Source of the DNA: a virus
DNA: 64,000 nucleotides
Virus record (IMG/VR): IMGVR_UViG_3300045988_140928
Coordinates: 88,692 to 152,691 of that record
Reading direction: 5' to 3' (one strand)
Position numbers and translations under genes: made by a program. Each line of letters opens with the position of its first letter. Position 1 is the stretch's first letter. Shown here piece after piece: positions 52,057 to 61,693 of the stretch. Below the pieces are notes generated by a model. It made no database searches and was not told where the DNA came from. It saw only the letters and a program-made list of their open reading frames with translations.

Positions 52057-52614
52057 TTATTTATTTTCAAGACTAATTATAAACAATACATAGTAGCCTA
52101 ACAAGTCTTGTATAGTATCTTCGAGTGACTCGTCTTTTACATCAACCCTTTTGTTACTATTAGTCAGATTGTCTAATCGGTTACATTTGTCTAAAATTCG
52201 TACTGAAAATGCTGGAACAGCTCCTAGAATATCTGCTACTTTCTGATAACTAGAGCCATAATCATGGTTCTTTTTAACTAATAATCTTTTAGTAGCTGTA
52301 GTAATAGCACTTAGAGCATTTACAAAATCAAAATTATCACTATCTGGTAGCATACCTTCGTAAGCCAAGGCATAAATAAAGCCCCGAGCACAATAATCTT
52401 TAATTATTTCGATTTGTTGGTAATCTTCAAAAATATCTTGTTGCAGATCTTGTACTAGGGCTTTACCTTCTTCACTTATTAACTTAGCAACTATATTCTT
52501 TATATTCCCTACGTGACGATTAAGTACTAATCGTTCAGAGTCTTTTAAATCTAAGGTTAAGTTATAGATGTTATTACACGTATCTTTTACTTGAATTTTA
52601 AAACTATCAGCCAT
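52057..52614 (-). CDS. hypothetical protein (C-terminal half DUF1599-like)
   Basis: KKNHDYGSSY....ILG......RILDKCNRLDNL recalls DUF1599. This is a weak match. Confidence 0.65.
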   Translation of the reverse strand: MADSFKIQVKDTCNNIYNLTLDLKDSERLVLNRHVGNIKNIVAKLISEEGKALVQDLQQDIFEDYQQIEIIKDYCARGFIYALAYEGMLPDSDNFDFVNALSAITTATKRLLVKKNHDYGSSYQKVADILGAVPAFSVRILDKCNRLDNLTNSNKRVDVKDESLEDTIQDLLGYYVLFIISLENK

Positions 52615-53098
52615 TAAATCCTCCTTGTGGGATCATTTTTTGTTGCTGTCGTTGATTAGCGCTAATGCTTTGCATCATATCAGCTTTATTTTCAATCGCT
52701 TTAGTTAACCAATTAAGACACCGGAATTGATAATCTGCTTGGTTACGTTGCTTACTTAATTCAACATATTTAGGATCGGATTGAATAGCTGTAGTAAGCA
52801 TAGACTCCGGTGGTTTACGTCCACCATTAAATTTTTTAAGACTTTCATCTTGTACATATTGAATATACAGAGTACCTTTTAAAGCGTCTAGCTGTGTATC
52901 TAAGTCTTTAGCTTCTAGTCGCTTACGTTCAGCTAATCTAGCAACTAAATAATACACATTCGGATTATTTTGCATTTCACCAATTAAGTTATTAGTATCA
53001 AAATTAAGAATCTGTTCTGGTACTAAGTTTTTAATTTCTCCGTTCATATCTACATATTGTAGAGGACGTAGAGCGTCTTTAATAATATCTGCTGTCAT
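52607..53098 (-). CDS. hypothetical protein
   Basis: ORF track. Confidence 0.7.
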   Translation of the reverse strand: MTADIIKDALRPLQYVDMNGEIKNLVPEQILNFDTNNLIGEMQNNPNVYYLVARLAERKRLEAKDLDTQLDALKGTLYIQYVQDESLKKFNGGRKPPESMLTTAIQSDPKYVELSKQRNQADYQFRCLNWLTKAIENKADMMQSISANQRQQQKMIPQGGFNG

Positions 53099-53100
53099 AT

Positions 53101-53394
53101 TTACACTTCCTTCTCATTTTCGTCTACATAGCTAATTAAGCAACCATTACGGTAATAAGTATTTTGCTTGCTTAAAGCATAACGGATACTAGATTCGGGA
53201 ACATTAATATAACGAGCAGTTTCTCGAATGCTAGGATAATAAAAATCTTTACCCTGAAAAGTAACTTTAACTTTTTTGGGGTTGTTCTTTTCTCCATAAG
53301 GAATAGGAGCAGTTTGAGCTTTAACCCATTCCATTACCTTATCCAATTTAGATTGAGCAACCTTGAATTCTTGCATTACTGCGCACTCATTCAT
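53101..53394 (-). CDS. NUMOD1-type HTH DNA-binding protein
   Basis: YYPSIRETARYINVPESSIRYALSKQ. ATG at 53394 lies 8 nt after GAAAGGAAG and is preferred over 53430. Confidence 0.6.
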   Translation of the reverse strand: MNECAVMQEFKVAQSKLDKVMEWVKAQTAPIPYGEKNNPKKVKVTFQGKDFYYPSIRETARYINVPESSIRYALSKQNTYYRNGCLISYVDENEKEV

Positions 53395-53524
53395 GTGTCT
53401 GTCTTCCTTTCTGCTCAAGGGTTTACGCATTTCTGCGCATCAAATCTTGCGCACCTCCTATTATGAACTAAAATTGTATAAATTGCAATAAGAAAATAAA
53501 AAAGACAGGCTAAATTAACCTGTC

Positions 53525-53839
53525 TTAGTATTGGTGGCTATCTTCAATTTCTTTTAATTGCTTAAGAGCTTTGAACTTAAATCGAAGTCTTTTTGGTACA
53601 GTTACATATTTAGAACCTTTACCCATTCCTCGATAGTGTTTGTGACTAGGGCGAATTGTAGGTTCAATAATAAACAATTTACCAATTTTAATTCGTTGTT
53701 CAGTATCTAAACCATAAGCAATTACTTCTGATTGTAAGTTTAGTACCTTTTGTATATCTTTTAGTTTTAAGCTAGGATCTCTAAACTTAATCAACCTAGC
53801 TAGATCTGTTGTATTAAGCGTTTCCACATCTTTTTTCAT
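53525..53839 (-). CDS. HU/IHF-family (TF1-like) DNA-binding protein
   Basis: 104 aa with the HU pattern ...IGKLFIIEPTIRPSHKHYRGMGKGSKYVTVPKRLRFKFKALKQLKE (beta-arm, then the P.r...kF.....lK tail). Confidence 0.6.
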   Translation of the reverse strand: MKKDVETLNTTDLARLIKFRDPSLKLKDIQKVLNLQSEVIAYGLDTEQRIKIGKLFIIEPTIRPSHKHYRGMGKGSKYVTVPKRLRFKFKALKQLKEIEDSHQY

Positions 53840-53886
53840 TTTTGATCTTGTCCTTATAACATAATTGACAACGAATGGTACAAGGT

Positions 53887-54516
53887 CTATTTATATTTTT
53901 TAATTAAATACTTACTTAGCTTCTGATGTTCTTCTTCACTGGAATAACTGAGATAAAGCTGGATAGTCCACCGAGCTAAAATTTCATGTAAAGCATTAAA
54001 ATATGACTCTTTAAGGTCTTGGGTAGCATTGTCATTAAATTCTAAGTAGATTCGATCAGCAATAAACCTAGCGTCTTCTATATCAAATAATAATGGAGTA
54101 ACTCTCGTATCTTCTGTAATGTTAGATACATAGATAGCAGTAGTTCCCACTGTGGAAGCTGTATTCATATTGTCTAGCTCTGTTTGGCTAAAGTTATGCA
54201 GTTTATACATATAGATTACTTTTCGATTAGAGCCGATTGCTAAAAAGACACTCATCGGAATTAGATCATTAGTAACATAAATAATATGATCTTGGCTTTT
54301 ATATACTTTGTGATTAAGTAAAATATCATCGCTTGTACCATCAATTACATAATAATGTTCTTGACCATCTTTTAAGCAAGATAAAACTCGTTCTTTATTT
54401 TTAGAGTTAACTCTCACAATATCTAAATTCTTATTATAAAAGTTTAAGTTTAACACTCTAAAAGTATTATCAATATTTAATTGTTTTTGTAAACGCAATT
54501 TAATTAACCTCGTCAA
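53887..54516 (-). CDS. hypothetical protein
   Basis: ORF track. Confidence 0.7.
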   Translation of the reverse strand: MTRLIKLRLQKQLNIDNTFRVLNLNFYNKNLDIVRVNSKNKERVLSCLKDGQEHYYVIDGTSDDILLNHKVYKSQDHIIYVTNDLIPMSVFLAIGSNRKVIYMYKLHNFSQTELDNMNTASTVGTTAIYVSNITEDTRVTPLLFDIEDARFIADRIYLEFNDNATQDLKESYFNALHEILARWTIQLYLSYSSEEEHQKLSKYLIKKYK

Positions 54517-55147
54517 TTAATTTATTTAGATCCACTTTTTTATGCTTAACTTCATGTTTATTTAAGCTATCCCAATTAAAGTCTTTATATTGTTGATACA
54601 TAAAATCTGGATCTAGCTCCATGAAGTTATCTAAAGTGGTAACAATCATATTATACCTGTTAATTTCCTCTGTACGCTCTTGTGTATAGCTTATCATTGT
54701 AGCTAATACATTATCATGATCTTTAGCTAAAACTTGATATACGCTTGCTTTGAAAGGAAATAGAGCATAGTCATTCTCTCGTTTAACATGGATAATTAAA
54801 CAAGGTACTGTGTGACCAACTCCACCTAATCTGCTAGAGTCAGTAGTTACTTGTTCCATAAAACTAGGGATTTCTCCATTAGAATTGAAAAATTGAGTAA
54901 ACTTAACTGAGTCATGGTTCTTTAGTTCATAATTAAAAATACTCATAGGGTGATCTGCTGGGAAGAATAGGTCACCAACAAATCCTACATTACCTGTTTC
55001 ATTAGAGTGGTTGTATTGAGTTTCAATTCCTCTAGTTGCTCCAGAGTAAGCAGTACGACTTACATTAGTTTTATAATGCAATGAAAATTTTTTAGCAATT
55101 TTTCTTTCAAAATTTTTTCCCTTAGATTGTTTTCCCCTGCCATCCAT
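54500..55147 (-). CDS. PD-(D/E)XK, Hjc-like Holliday-junction-resolvase-type nuclease
   Basis: KGKNFERKIAKKF...SRTAYSG...VGDLFF...YELK follows the G..FE..v...R...SG...D...E.K layout. Confidence 0.45.
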   Translation of the reverse strand: MDGRGKQSKGKNFERKIAKKFSLHYKTNVSRTAYSGATRGIETQYNHSNETGNVGFVGDLFFPADHPMSIFNYELKNHDSVKFTQFFNSNGEIPSFMEQVTTDSSRLGGVGHTVPCLIIHVKRENDYALFPFKASVYQVLAKDHDNVLATMISYTQERTEEINRYNMIVTTLDNFMELDPDFMYQQYKDFNWDSLNKHEVKHKKVDLNKLIDEVN

Positions 55148-55213
55148 TTGTTATCACCTTTTTATAATATAGTTTTGTTGCTTTTTTTAATAAAAAAGAC
55201 TAACGTGAACTAC

Positions 55214-55320
55214 TCGGTTATGAATGACCAAGCTTCTGGGAACACTTAGTAGTATTTAGGATATTACAAGTGTATTCACTAAACCTAACTTACAGAACTA
55301 AGCTATTTTACCATGGCTAG
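55214..55320 (-). ncRNA. putative TnpB omega-RNA 3' scaffold plus guide, copy 2
   Basis: The reverse complement of 55234-55320 aligns to 6284-6370. The guide candidate GCTTGGTCATTCATAACCGA (55233-55214) is unrelated to the copy-1 guide. The tnpB stop lies inside the scaffold. Confidence 0.55.
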
Positions 55321-56565
55321 TCCCTAGCCTTAATTTTCTTTAATTTCTTTAACTCTTTTAATCCTCTATTTAGAATATTAATTGAAGCATTAATATCTCG
55401 ATCGTGGTGAGTATTACATTTAGGGCAAGTCCATTCACGTACATCTAATGGTTTTTTGCCAGAGTGGTAACCACATTTAGAACATATTTGACTTGTATAG
55501 TTAGGTTTAACAACTACTAATTGTTTACCATACCACTTACATTTATACTCCAACATTTCTCTAAATAAGTACCAACTATTATTAGTAATTGATTTAGCTA
55601 GATGATGATTTTTAAGAAGATTTTTGGTTTTCAAATCTTCTATTACAATCACATCATAACTTCTTACTAATTCAGTTGTTATCTTATGTAAATAATCTTT
55701 ACGCTTATTAGTGATCTTAGCTTGGTATCTAGCTTTCTGCTGTCTAGCTTTTTGCCAATTAGAATAATCTTCTAATTCCATCTTAATATCTTTATGATTA
55801 TGGTTCCACTGTCTTACCCTAACTAAAACTCTTTGTTTACGTTTACTAAATTTAGATTGAGCTTCTACTACCTTATTATCTAAATAAGGGGTAACAAACT
55901 TAGGGTATTTATAACCATCACTAGTAATAGCTAGATCAGCTACTCCCATATCTATTCCCACTACTGATCTAGTAGGTTCTAATGACTGGATGTTAGGGTC
56001 ATCAACAATTAAAGACAAGTAGTATTTACCAGTAGGATCTAAGGTAACTGTATATCTTTTAATTTTACAATCTTTTAGTCTATTTGTCTTACTAGTTTTG
56101 ATACATCTTAGCTTAGGTAATTTCATTCTTCGTTTAGCTAATACTTTGCAATTAGTACCATCACCTGTATAAGATTGCTTAGTAGCTTTACGAGACTTAA
56201 ATCTAGGATGTCCTCCTTGATGCTTAAACAACATTTTAAATGCTTGACCAAGATAATGATTAGATATTTGTAAACTTCTAGCTTCACTTTCTTTTAAAAA
56301 TGGATATTCTACTTTTAGTTGCTTTACCAAGTAATTCATTCCATATTCATTTACAAACTTAGAACTAGGATTATTCTTATAACGTTCATTAGCCATGTTT
56401 AGCATAATATTCCAGATAAATCTAGCATTACCAAACATTTGAGTTAACTGATCTCGTTGTTTAGCATTAGGATACAAACGTAATTTAATTCCTTTAATCA
56501 TTATTTTCACCCTCTTTCTTTAATTTATGTTTTAATTCTAACTTCAATATTTTTAGGGGTCAAGG
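55234..56565 (-). mobile_element. IS200/IS605-family TnpB-only element, copy 2
   Basis: Limits come from comparison with copy 1 (CCTTGAC at 56565-56559, GTTCCCAGAA ending at 55234). Confidence 0.6.
55317..56501 (-). CDS. tnpB: TnpB (IS605 OrfB-type RNA-guided nuclease), second copy
   Basis: All RuvC and zinc-ribbon motifs are intact. ATG at 56501 (GAGGGTG, 6 nt, ATG) matches the copy-1 start context. The track GTG at 56510 overlaps the SD. Confidence 0.9.
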   Translation of the reverse strand: MIKGIKLRLYPNAKQRDQLTQMFGNARFIWNIMLNMANERYKNNPSSKFVNEYGMNYLVKQLKVEYPFLKESEARSLQISNHYLGQAFKMLFKHQGGHPRFKSRKATKQSYTGDGTNCKVLAKRRMKLPKLRCIKTSKTNRLKDCKIKRYTVTLDPTGKYYLSLIVDDPNIQSLEPTRSVVGIDMGVADLAITSDGYKYPKFVTPYLDNKVVEAQSKFSKRKQRVLVRVRQWNHNHKDIKMELEDYSNWQKARQQKARYQAKITNKRKDYLHKITTELVRSYDVIVIEDLKTKNLLKNHHLAKSITNNSWYLFREMLEYKCKWYGKQLVVVKPNYTSQICSKCGYHSGKKPLDVREWTCPKCNTHHDRDINASINILNRGLKELKKLKKIKARD

Positions 56566-56618
56566 CAAAAAGAAAAGGCAATTCATCACGTCCTTAAAAG
56601 AACGTGTTTCCTTGCCTT
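56563..56618 (-). terminator. intrinsic terminator of upstream operon, abutting the TnpB element left end
   Basis: Minus strand: AAGGCAA...CACGT loop ACGTG...TTGCCTT followed by TTCTTTTT. Confidence 0.55.
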
Positions 56619-56648
56619 CATAATATCACAACTGTTAGCCTAATCATA

Positions 56649-57338
56649 TTAATCATACATCATCTTTAAGTTATTAAACAGCTTGACTTTCTCTCTTACA
56701 TCTGGATCATAGATAGCCCGCTGAGTAAGAATTGGATCAATCTTGCTTACATAATTCTTGTTTTCCTTATAAGATTCTTTAGCAAGCTTATTTAACTTCA
56801 TAAACTGTTCTTGCTTGTCCTTATTAGTATCAATATCATCAGACTCTGCTAGGTCTTTAAGTTGCTTAATAACTTTTAATCGAACTAATGCTGGTTCTTT
56901 CTTAAACATATAAAGATGGTCCTCATCGTCTTCTTTAACGATTAAAATACCCAACTTGTCTTCTTTAAGCATTTTAGCCATATAAGAGTCATAATTAATT
57001 TCATCTTTAAGGTTAGCACTTGTACTTTCAAGACCCTCAATCCCTGATACAAAGGAACGAACTACACTCTTAAATAGTGCTGGGTTTAATTCCCCATCAT
57101 AAATATCTGTACTAATTTTTTGACTCTGAATATTAATAAAAGACTCTTCAAAGACATCGACTAATTCAGGCCAATTGTCGTCTACTTCCTTTTCTGAAAT
57201 ACCAGCTAAGGGAGCTAAACCAAACTCTTTATTTAAAGCTCTAACAGTATAAGTAGTTACATTACCTGTATTGATAGCTTTTTTTAGCTGGGTAAAACCA
57301 ACTACACCTAGAGCCTTTTTTAGATCTGCTACACTCAT
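56649..57338 (-). CDS. hypothetical protein
   Basis: ORF track. Confidence 0.75.
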   Translation of the reverse strand: MSVADLKKALGVVGFTQLKKAINTGNVTTYTVRALNKEFGLAPLAGISEKEVDDNWPELVDVFEESFINIQSQKISTDIYDGELNPALFKSVVRSFVSGIEGLESTSANLKDEINYDSYMAKMLKEDKLGILIVKEDDEDHLYMFKKEPALVRLKVIKQLKDLAESDDIDTNKDKQEQFMKLNKLAKESYKENKNYVSKIDPILTQRAIYDPDVREKVKLFNNLKMMYD

Positions 57339-57718
57339 TATTTACCTTCCTTTAAGTCTTTTACTTGTTGCTTAAACGACTCTTGCATTTCTCTGCTTGC
57401 TTTAAGGTTAGCCTTATCTAAATCTTTATGTGCATCTGCCCAGATCTTATCAATTGTCTTTTCGTCTAAGCCATTCTTTTGCATAGACTTATCAAGAGCA
57501 ATCGCAGTTAAACTAGCCCGTTGGTTAATAGCTGATAGCTGTTGACTAAGAGGTGAATTAACTAAATCAATTACGTCTAATACTTCCTCCATCGTCAAAC
57601 GCTTTTTAAGGAGTGTTTGAGCACTTGTTTGTTCCAACTTAGTCATTGGCATTGGTAATTGTTTATGTACTTTAATTGCGTTTAATACTTGTGTTTTACT
57701 TAATGCTGGTTTTGTCAT
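57338..57718 (-). CDS. hypothetical protein
   Basis: ATG at 57718 lies 6-7 nt after GGGAGGAAG. The track start at 57763 has no SD. Confidence 0.7.
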   Translation of the reverse strand: MTKPALSKTQVLNAIKVHKQLPMPMTKLEQTSAQTLLKKRLTMEEVLDVIDLVNSPLSQQLSAINQRASLTAIALDKSMQKNGLDEKTIDKIWADAHKDLDKANLKASREMQESFKQQVKDLKEGK

Positions 57719-58046
57719 TGTTTTCTTCCTCCCAAATCCGTTGTGCAATTCTGCTAACTTCATTTAATTCTTTTTCATTAATAATATGTTTTTTAACTAA
57801 TAAGGTAGCTAAGCTAGAGAACAAATCAGCCGTATAGTTATTAGCTTGTTGAGCTTCTCCAATTACCTTACTGGCTAAATCTTTTAGTGCTTCATATGCT
57901 TCTTTATAGGAAACAGGATCATTATTGTGTTGGGTTACTGTTTCCGTTGGTAATTTACCATCTTGTTTAACTAATTCCATTAAGCGAATATAATCTTGGA
58001 AGCTTAGTGTACTTAAGTTTCTTACATCTGGTAAATCTCGTTTCAC
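57696..58046 (-). CDS. hypothetical protein
   Basis: ORF track. Confidence 0.7.
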   Translation of the reverse strand: MKRDLPDVRNLSTLSFQDYIRLMELVKQDGKLPTETVTQHNNDPVSYKEAYEALKDLASKVIGEAQQANNYTADLFSSLATLLVKKHIINEKELNEVSRIAQRIWEEENNDKTSIK

Positions 58047-59083
58047 TTCTTCTCACCTCTTACTAGATAGAGTAATGATTGTAGGTTAACAGGACGAGCC
58101 TTATCTAACAATTCTTTAACTATTGTACTACCTAAGTCATTAGCGTCTTTATCTTTATAGGGATTTACAACTAAATAAATTCGGTCTAGGCTAATTTTTT
58201 GTTTTAACTTATCTATTAACTTAATTTCTTCTTTCATTGCATCATTATCTAAGAATACGTAGAAATATTTAGGATTAACTTTAAGCATTAGATTAATTTG
58301 ATCATCAGTAATTGCCTTACCTAAAGTTGCAACCCCTACATAATCTGCAACAGTTGAACTAATAGCATTAAAGATACCCTCGCAGATAACCATTTTATCT
58401 TTTACATGATTAAGATTAAAAACAACGTCTTTCCTAGAATATTCATTGTCCTTAGCTAGAGCATTAAAAGATTTAATAAATGGATTAGGTTCAATACTTC
58501 TTGTACTCCAATAAATAACATCATTATTAAGACCATAGGTGGGAAAGATAATACTATTACTAATAGTCATATCTTTATCTTGAGTCTTAATAACACCAGA
58601 TGTGAGATAGCCTAAATTATATTTATAAATCTGCTGTAGAGTAATTCCTCGGTTTTTAAGATACCATAAGTAAGGGTAAGACTCAGGATTATTAAGATTA
58701 TCTCTAAGCAGTTTAGTATTAGTAGGAAAAGGGGGGCACTTTTTACCTACTTGTTTATGTTTTTCTGCTTTAGTATTAAGAGCAACTAAACGACTTAGTA
58801 AAGTCTCATTGTCAATTGGTTCTACCTTAGGACTATCAAAATCTTCGTCTTTTAACATTTCTTTAGCTTCATTATAAGAAACATCATAATACTGCATAAA
58901 GAAGCTGATTGGGCTGTTTCCACGAGACTCACATTTAAAACAAATAAATTGACCTTTTGGAGAAACATACAGCTTTTTATCATGTTCTCCACAGAAAGGA
59001 CAGTCTAAATGAACTTCACCTGTAGCTGTTTCTTGGTAGTCTTCATTTATACAATTAACAATAATTTGTTGTTCCCGAGTCAT
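58043..59083 (-). CDS. DNA primase (CHC2 zinc finger + TOPRIM)
   Basis: CPFCGEHDKKLYVSPKGQFICFKC zinc finger. TOPRIM E (VICEGIFNA) and DxD (FLDNDA). Confidence 0.8.
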   Translation of the reverse strand: MTREQQIIVNCINEDYQETATGEVHLDCPFCGEHDKKLYVSPKGQFICFKCESRGNSPISFFMQYYDVSYNEAKEMLKDEDFDSPKVEPIDNETLLSRLVALNTKAEKHKQVGKKCPPFPTNTKLLRDNLNNPESYPYLWYLKNRGITLQQIYKYNLGYLTSGVIKTQDKDMTISNSIIFPTYGLNNDVIYWSTRSIEPNPFIKSFNALAKDNEYSRKDVVFNLNHVKDKMVICEGIFNAISSTVADYVGVATLGKAITDDQINLMLKVNPKYFYVFLDNDAMKEEIKLIDKLKQKISLDRIYLVVNPYKDKDANDLGSTIVKELLDKARPVNLQSLLYLVRGEKK

Positions 59084-59091
59084 AATTTCAC

Positions 59092-59715
59092 CTATCTTAC
59101 ACTATCCTCATACATAATCTTAGCAACTTTTCGCATATATTGATTCATTCTAAATCCCATTCCGAGATCACTTAGCATGGTCATTTCGTCTTTAGTAGCA
59201 AACTTTGTTGGGTTAGATTCAAGAGCATTTGGATTAACTCCTTCTTCGTGTTCTCGTTTAATAATCTTTTGTTCAATATCATCTAAAGCTTGGCTTAATA
59301 ACAAGTAATTTTGCTGTACATCTTGTAAAGTATAAAAACCATCCCAAGTCTTTAAACCTATAGATTTTAGCTTAGTAGTAATTCCTAGGTTAAACATGTA
59401 CATTGATTTATCTGTACCGAGTTCGTCTTTCTTATATTCATAATAATTATGTAAGAAATGGTGGTTGTCCTTAAATCGTTCTTGAATATCCTTAGGGGCG
59501 ATTGGGTCAACCTTTAACATAATATTATGAAACATAGACACATAGTAATAATCAAAATAAAAAGACAACGGATACCAATACATACCATACTCTGCTGGAA
59601 TATAAGCAACTTCTAAATTCCCTTGGCTAGATTGGCACTTAGCAATAACATAAATCCGTCCATCTTTTTTAGTAGCCTTAATCTTAAGACCATTAGTATT
59701 CACTAAATCGAGCAT
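59092..59715 (-). CDS. hypothetical protein
   Basis: ORF track. Confidence 0.75.
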   Translation of the reverse strand: MLDLVNTNGLKIKATKKDGRIYVIAKCQSSQGNLEVAYIPAEYGMYWYPLSFYFDYYYVSMFHNIMLKVDPIAPKDIQERFKDNHHFLHNYYEYKKDELGTDKSMYMFNLGITTKLKSIGLKTWDGFYTLQDVQQNYLLLSQALDDIEQKIIKREHEEGVNPNALESNPTKFATKDEMTMLSDLGMGFRMNQYMRKVAKIMYEDSVR

Positions 59716-59798
59716 TAATAAACTAAAAACCCCTTATATCAAAGTATGAGTATATTTTAAACCCATTCGATACAAGAGGTCAAGCTACCTTTAAAAGA

Positions 59799-61691
59799 CT
59801 AATTATTAACTAATTTAGATGTATTGTCAACCTTTTTAACTAACAATTGCGTATCAATATTATCATTAAATTTCATATCATCATTATGAGAAACAATAAT
59901 AATGTTACCTACATTCTGCTTTAAGTCACTTAATACATTAATAACACTATCAATCCCTGCTTTATCAAGTGAGTCAAACACCTCATCAAAGACAACTAAA
60001 TTAAGCCCACCAATTTGCGATTTAAGATAATTCATAAAAGCAAGATTAAGAGCAATTCCAATTCGGCGTTTCTCACCGGACGAAAGGTCTTGGTAATTAC
60101 TACCTGAAACACTAGAGTCAACATCTAAACTAATCTGTTCATTTACCTTACCAGACTTAGTAGTTGTCTTATTATTAAGAGCTACAGTCATAGTATTGTT
60201 AGTTAATACCTTTAAAATCTTTTCTAATTGATCATTAAGATAAGGAATAACTAGAGATAAAGCTTGAGCCTTAACGCCACGGTCTGAATAAACCTTAGTA
60301 AGCTTTTCAAAGTCGTTCTGTGCTGATTGTTGTTTATGTAAGTCCTGCTCAGTTGCTTTAATCTGTTTTTCGATATTAGCAGTATCTAATTGTTTAGGCT
60401 TTTCAACTGGTGTTTGAGCTTGTTTTAATTCAGTTTTTAATTGGTTAATATCATTATTAAGACGATTAATCTCATTAACTAGGTTTTCTTGCTCATTAAG
60501 TTTTTGCTGAGTAAGATTAAGAGCATTAGTTAGCTTACGATACTGTTCTTGTTGCTCAGAAGCTTGTTTCTGCTCTTTTTTCGCTAGTTTAGTATAATTG
60601 TTTACGTCTTGATTAAGAGCGCTTAGACGAGGAGCTAGAGCCTTATACGAGGTCATAAGTTCGTTAGCTTTCTTATTCATATTATTTAATTCTAACTGCT
60701 TATGCTCTGCGTCTAATACATTTCCGCACCATGCACAAACTGCATTATCTGTAGCTTGTAACTGTTTATATTGAGTTGATAAGTCAGTAAGTTGCTTTTT
60801 AATATTCTCTTGTTGTAATTCAATATTCTTTTGTTCTGTTTGAGCAGTTTGTAACTTATTAGTATATTCATGACTCTGTGTGAAATTAAAACCAGATACT
60901 TGTTGTTGATAAGTTTGGTATTCAGCTTTAACGGCTTCATGAGTTGTTGGGTTATAATCTAATGAATTAAGGTTAGATTCTCTTAGCCTAATTTGATTTT
61001 CAAGATTATCAACCCGCTGTTTTTGCATAGCCACAGATTGCTCATATTGACGCTGTAAGGCTGTTTGACTATCCATTAAGGTATCTAACCGTTCCAACTC
61101 TTTTTGGTCCTCTATGAGCTTGCTAGAGGATTCTTTGCTGTCTTCTTTAACTAACTGTAAGGCTTGCTTATAGATATTAGTGTTAGTAAGTTCTTCCAAA
61201 ATTTCCTTACGGTGTTTATCAGTAGCACTAATAAAAGTATTAAGCTTTTCTGGACTAAAGATAACTGAATTCAAGAGTGTATCAAAACCAAATCCTAAAG
61301 TAGAGACAATTTCCTTGTCTGTCTCTTTATTAGTAGACAAAGTAACATCTTTACCATCACGATACATAATCACTTTGTTCTTAAATTCCTTGTCTTTACG
61401 ATAACGAGTAATTTCATATTCATGACCAAAATGAGTAAACACTACTTTAGCAAAACAATTCTTACCTACATCATTTTTAATTACTTCATCACTTTTAGCT
61501 CCGTCTGGAGTTTCACCATAAAGGGCGTAGATCATAGCATAGATAATTGAACTCTTACCAGCCCCATTTGTCCTCTCACTGTCAATACCAGTGTTTTGAC
61601 CATTTAATAGTGTTAAACCTAAATCATTTAGTTCTAATTTAAAATGGTTAAAACTACGAAAATTCTGCGCTTCGATTGTTTTTACTTTCAT
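59799..61691 (-). CDS. SbcC/Rad50-like ATPase
   Basis: Walker A NGAGKSS, long coiled coil with a CxxC hook (CAWCG), signature LSSGEKRR, Walker B LVVFDEVF. Confidence 0.8.
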   Translation of the reverse strand: MKVKTIEAQNFRSFNHFKLELNDLGLTLLNGQNTGIDSERTNGAGKSSIIYAMIYALYGETPDGAKSDEVIKNDVGKNCFAKVVFTHFGHEYEITRYRKDKEFKNKVIMYRDGKDVTLSTNKETDKEIVSTLGFGFDTLLNSVIFSPEKLNTFISATDKHRKEILEELTNTNIYKQALQLVKEDSKESSSKLIEDQKELERLDTLMDSQTALQRQYEQSVAMQKQRVDNLENQIRLRESNLNSLDYNPTTHEAVKAEYQTYQQQVSGFNFTQSHEYTNKLQTAQTEQKNIELQQENIKKQLTDLSTQYKQLQATDNAVCAWCGNVLDAEHKQLELNNMNKKANELMTSYKALAPRLSALNQDVNNYTKLAKKEQKQASEQQEQYRKLTNALNLTQQKLNEQENLVNEINRLNNDINQLKTELKQAQTPVEKPKQLDTANIEKQIKATEQDLHKQQSAQNDFEKLTKVYSDRGVKAQALSLVIPYLNDQLEKILKVLTNNTMTVALNNKTTTKSGKVNEQISLDVDSSVSGSNYQDLSSGEKRRIGIALNLAFMNYLKSQIGGLNLVVFDEVFDSLDKAGIDSVINVLSDLKQNVGNIIIVSHNDDMKFNDNIDTQLLVKKVDNTSKLVNN

Positions 61692-61693
61692 TG

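Noticed and set aside
60713-61404. ORFs 60713..60940 (-) and 61180..61404 (+) inside the SbcC-like gene
   Set aside because: They are out-of-frame or antisense shadows of a motif-supported 630-aa ORF.
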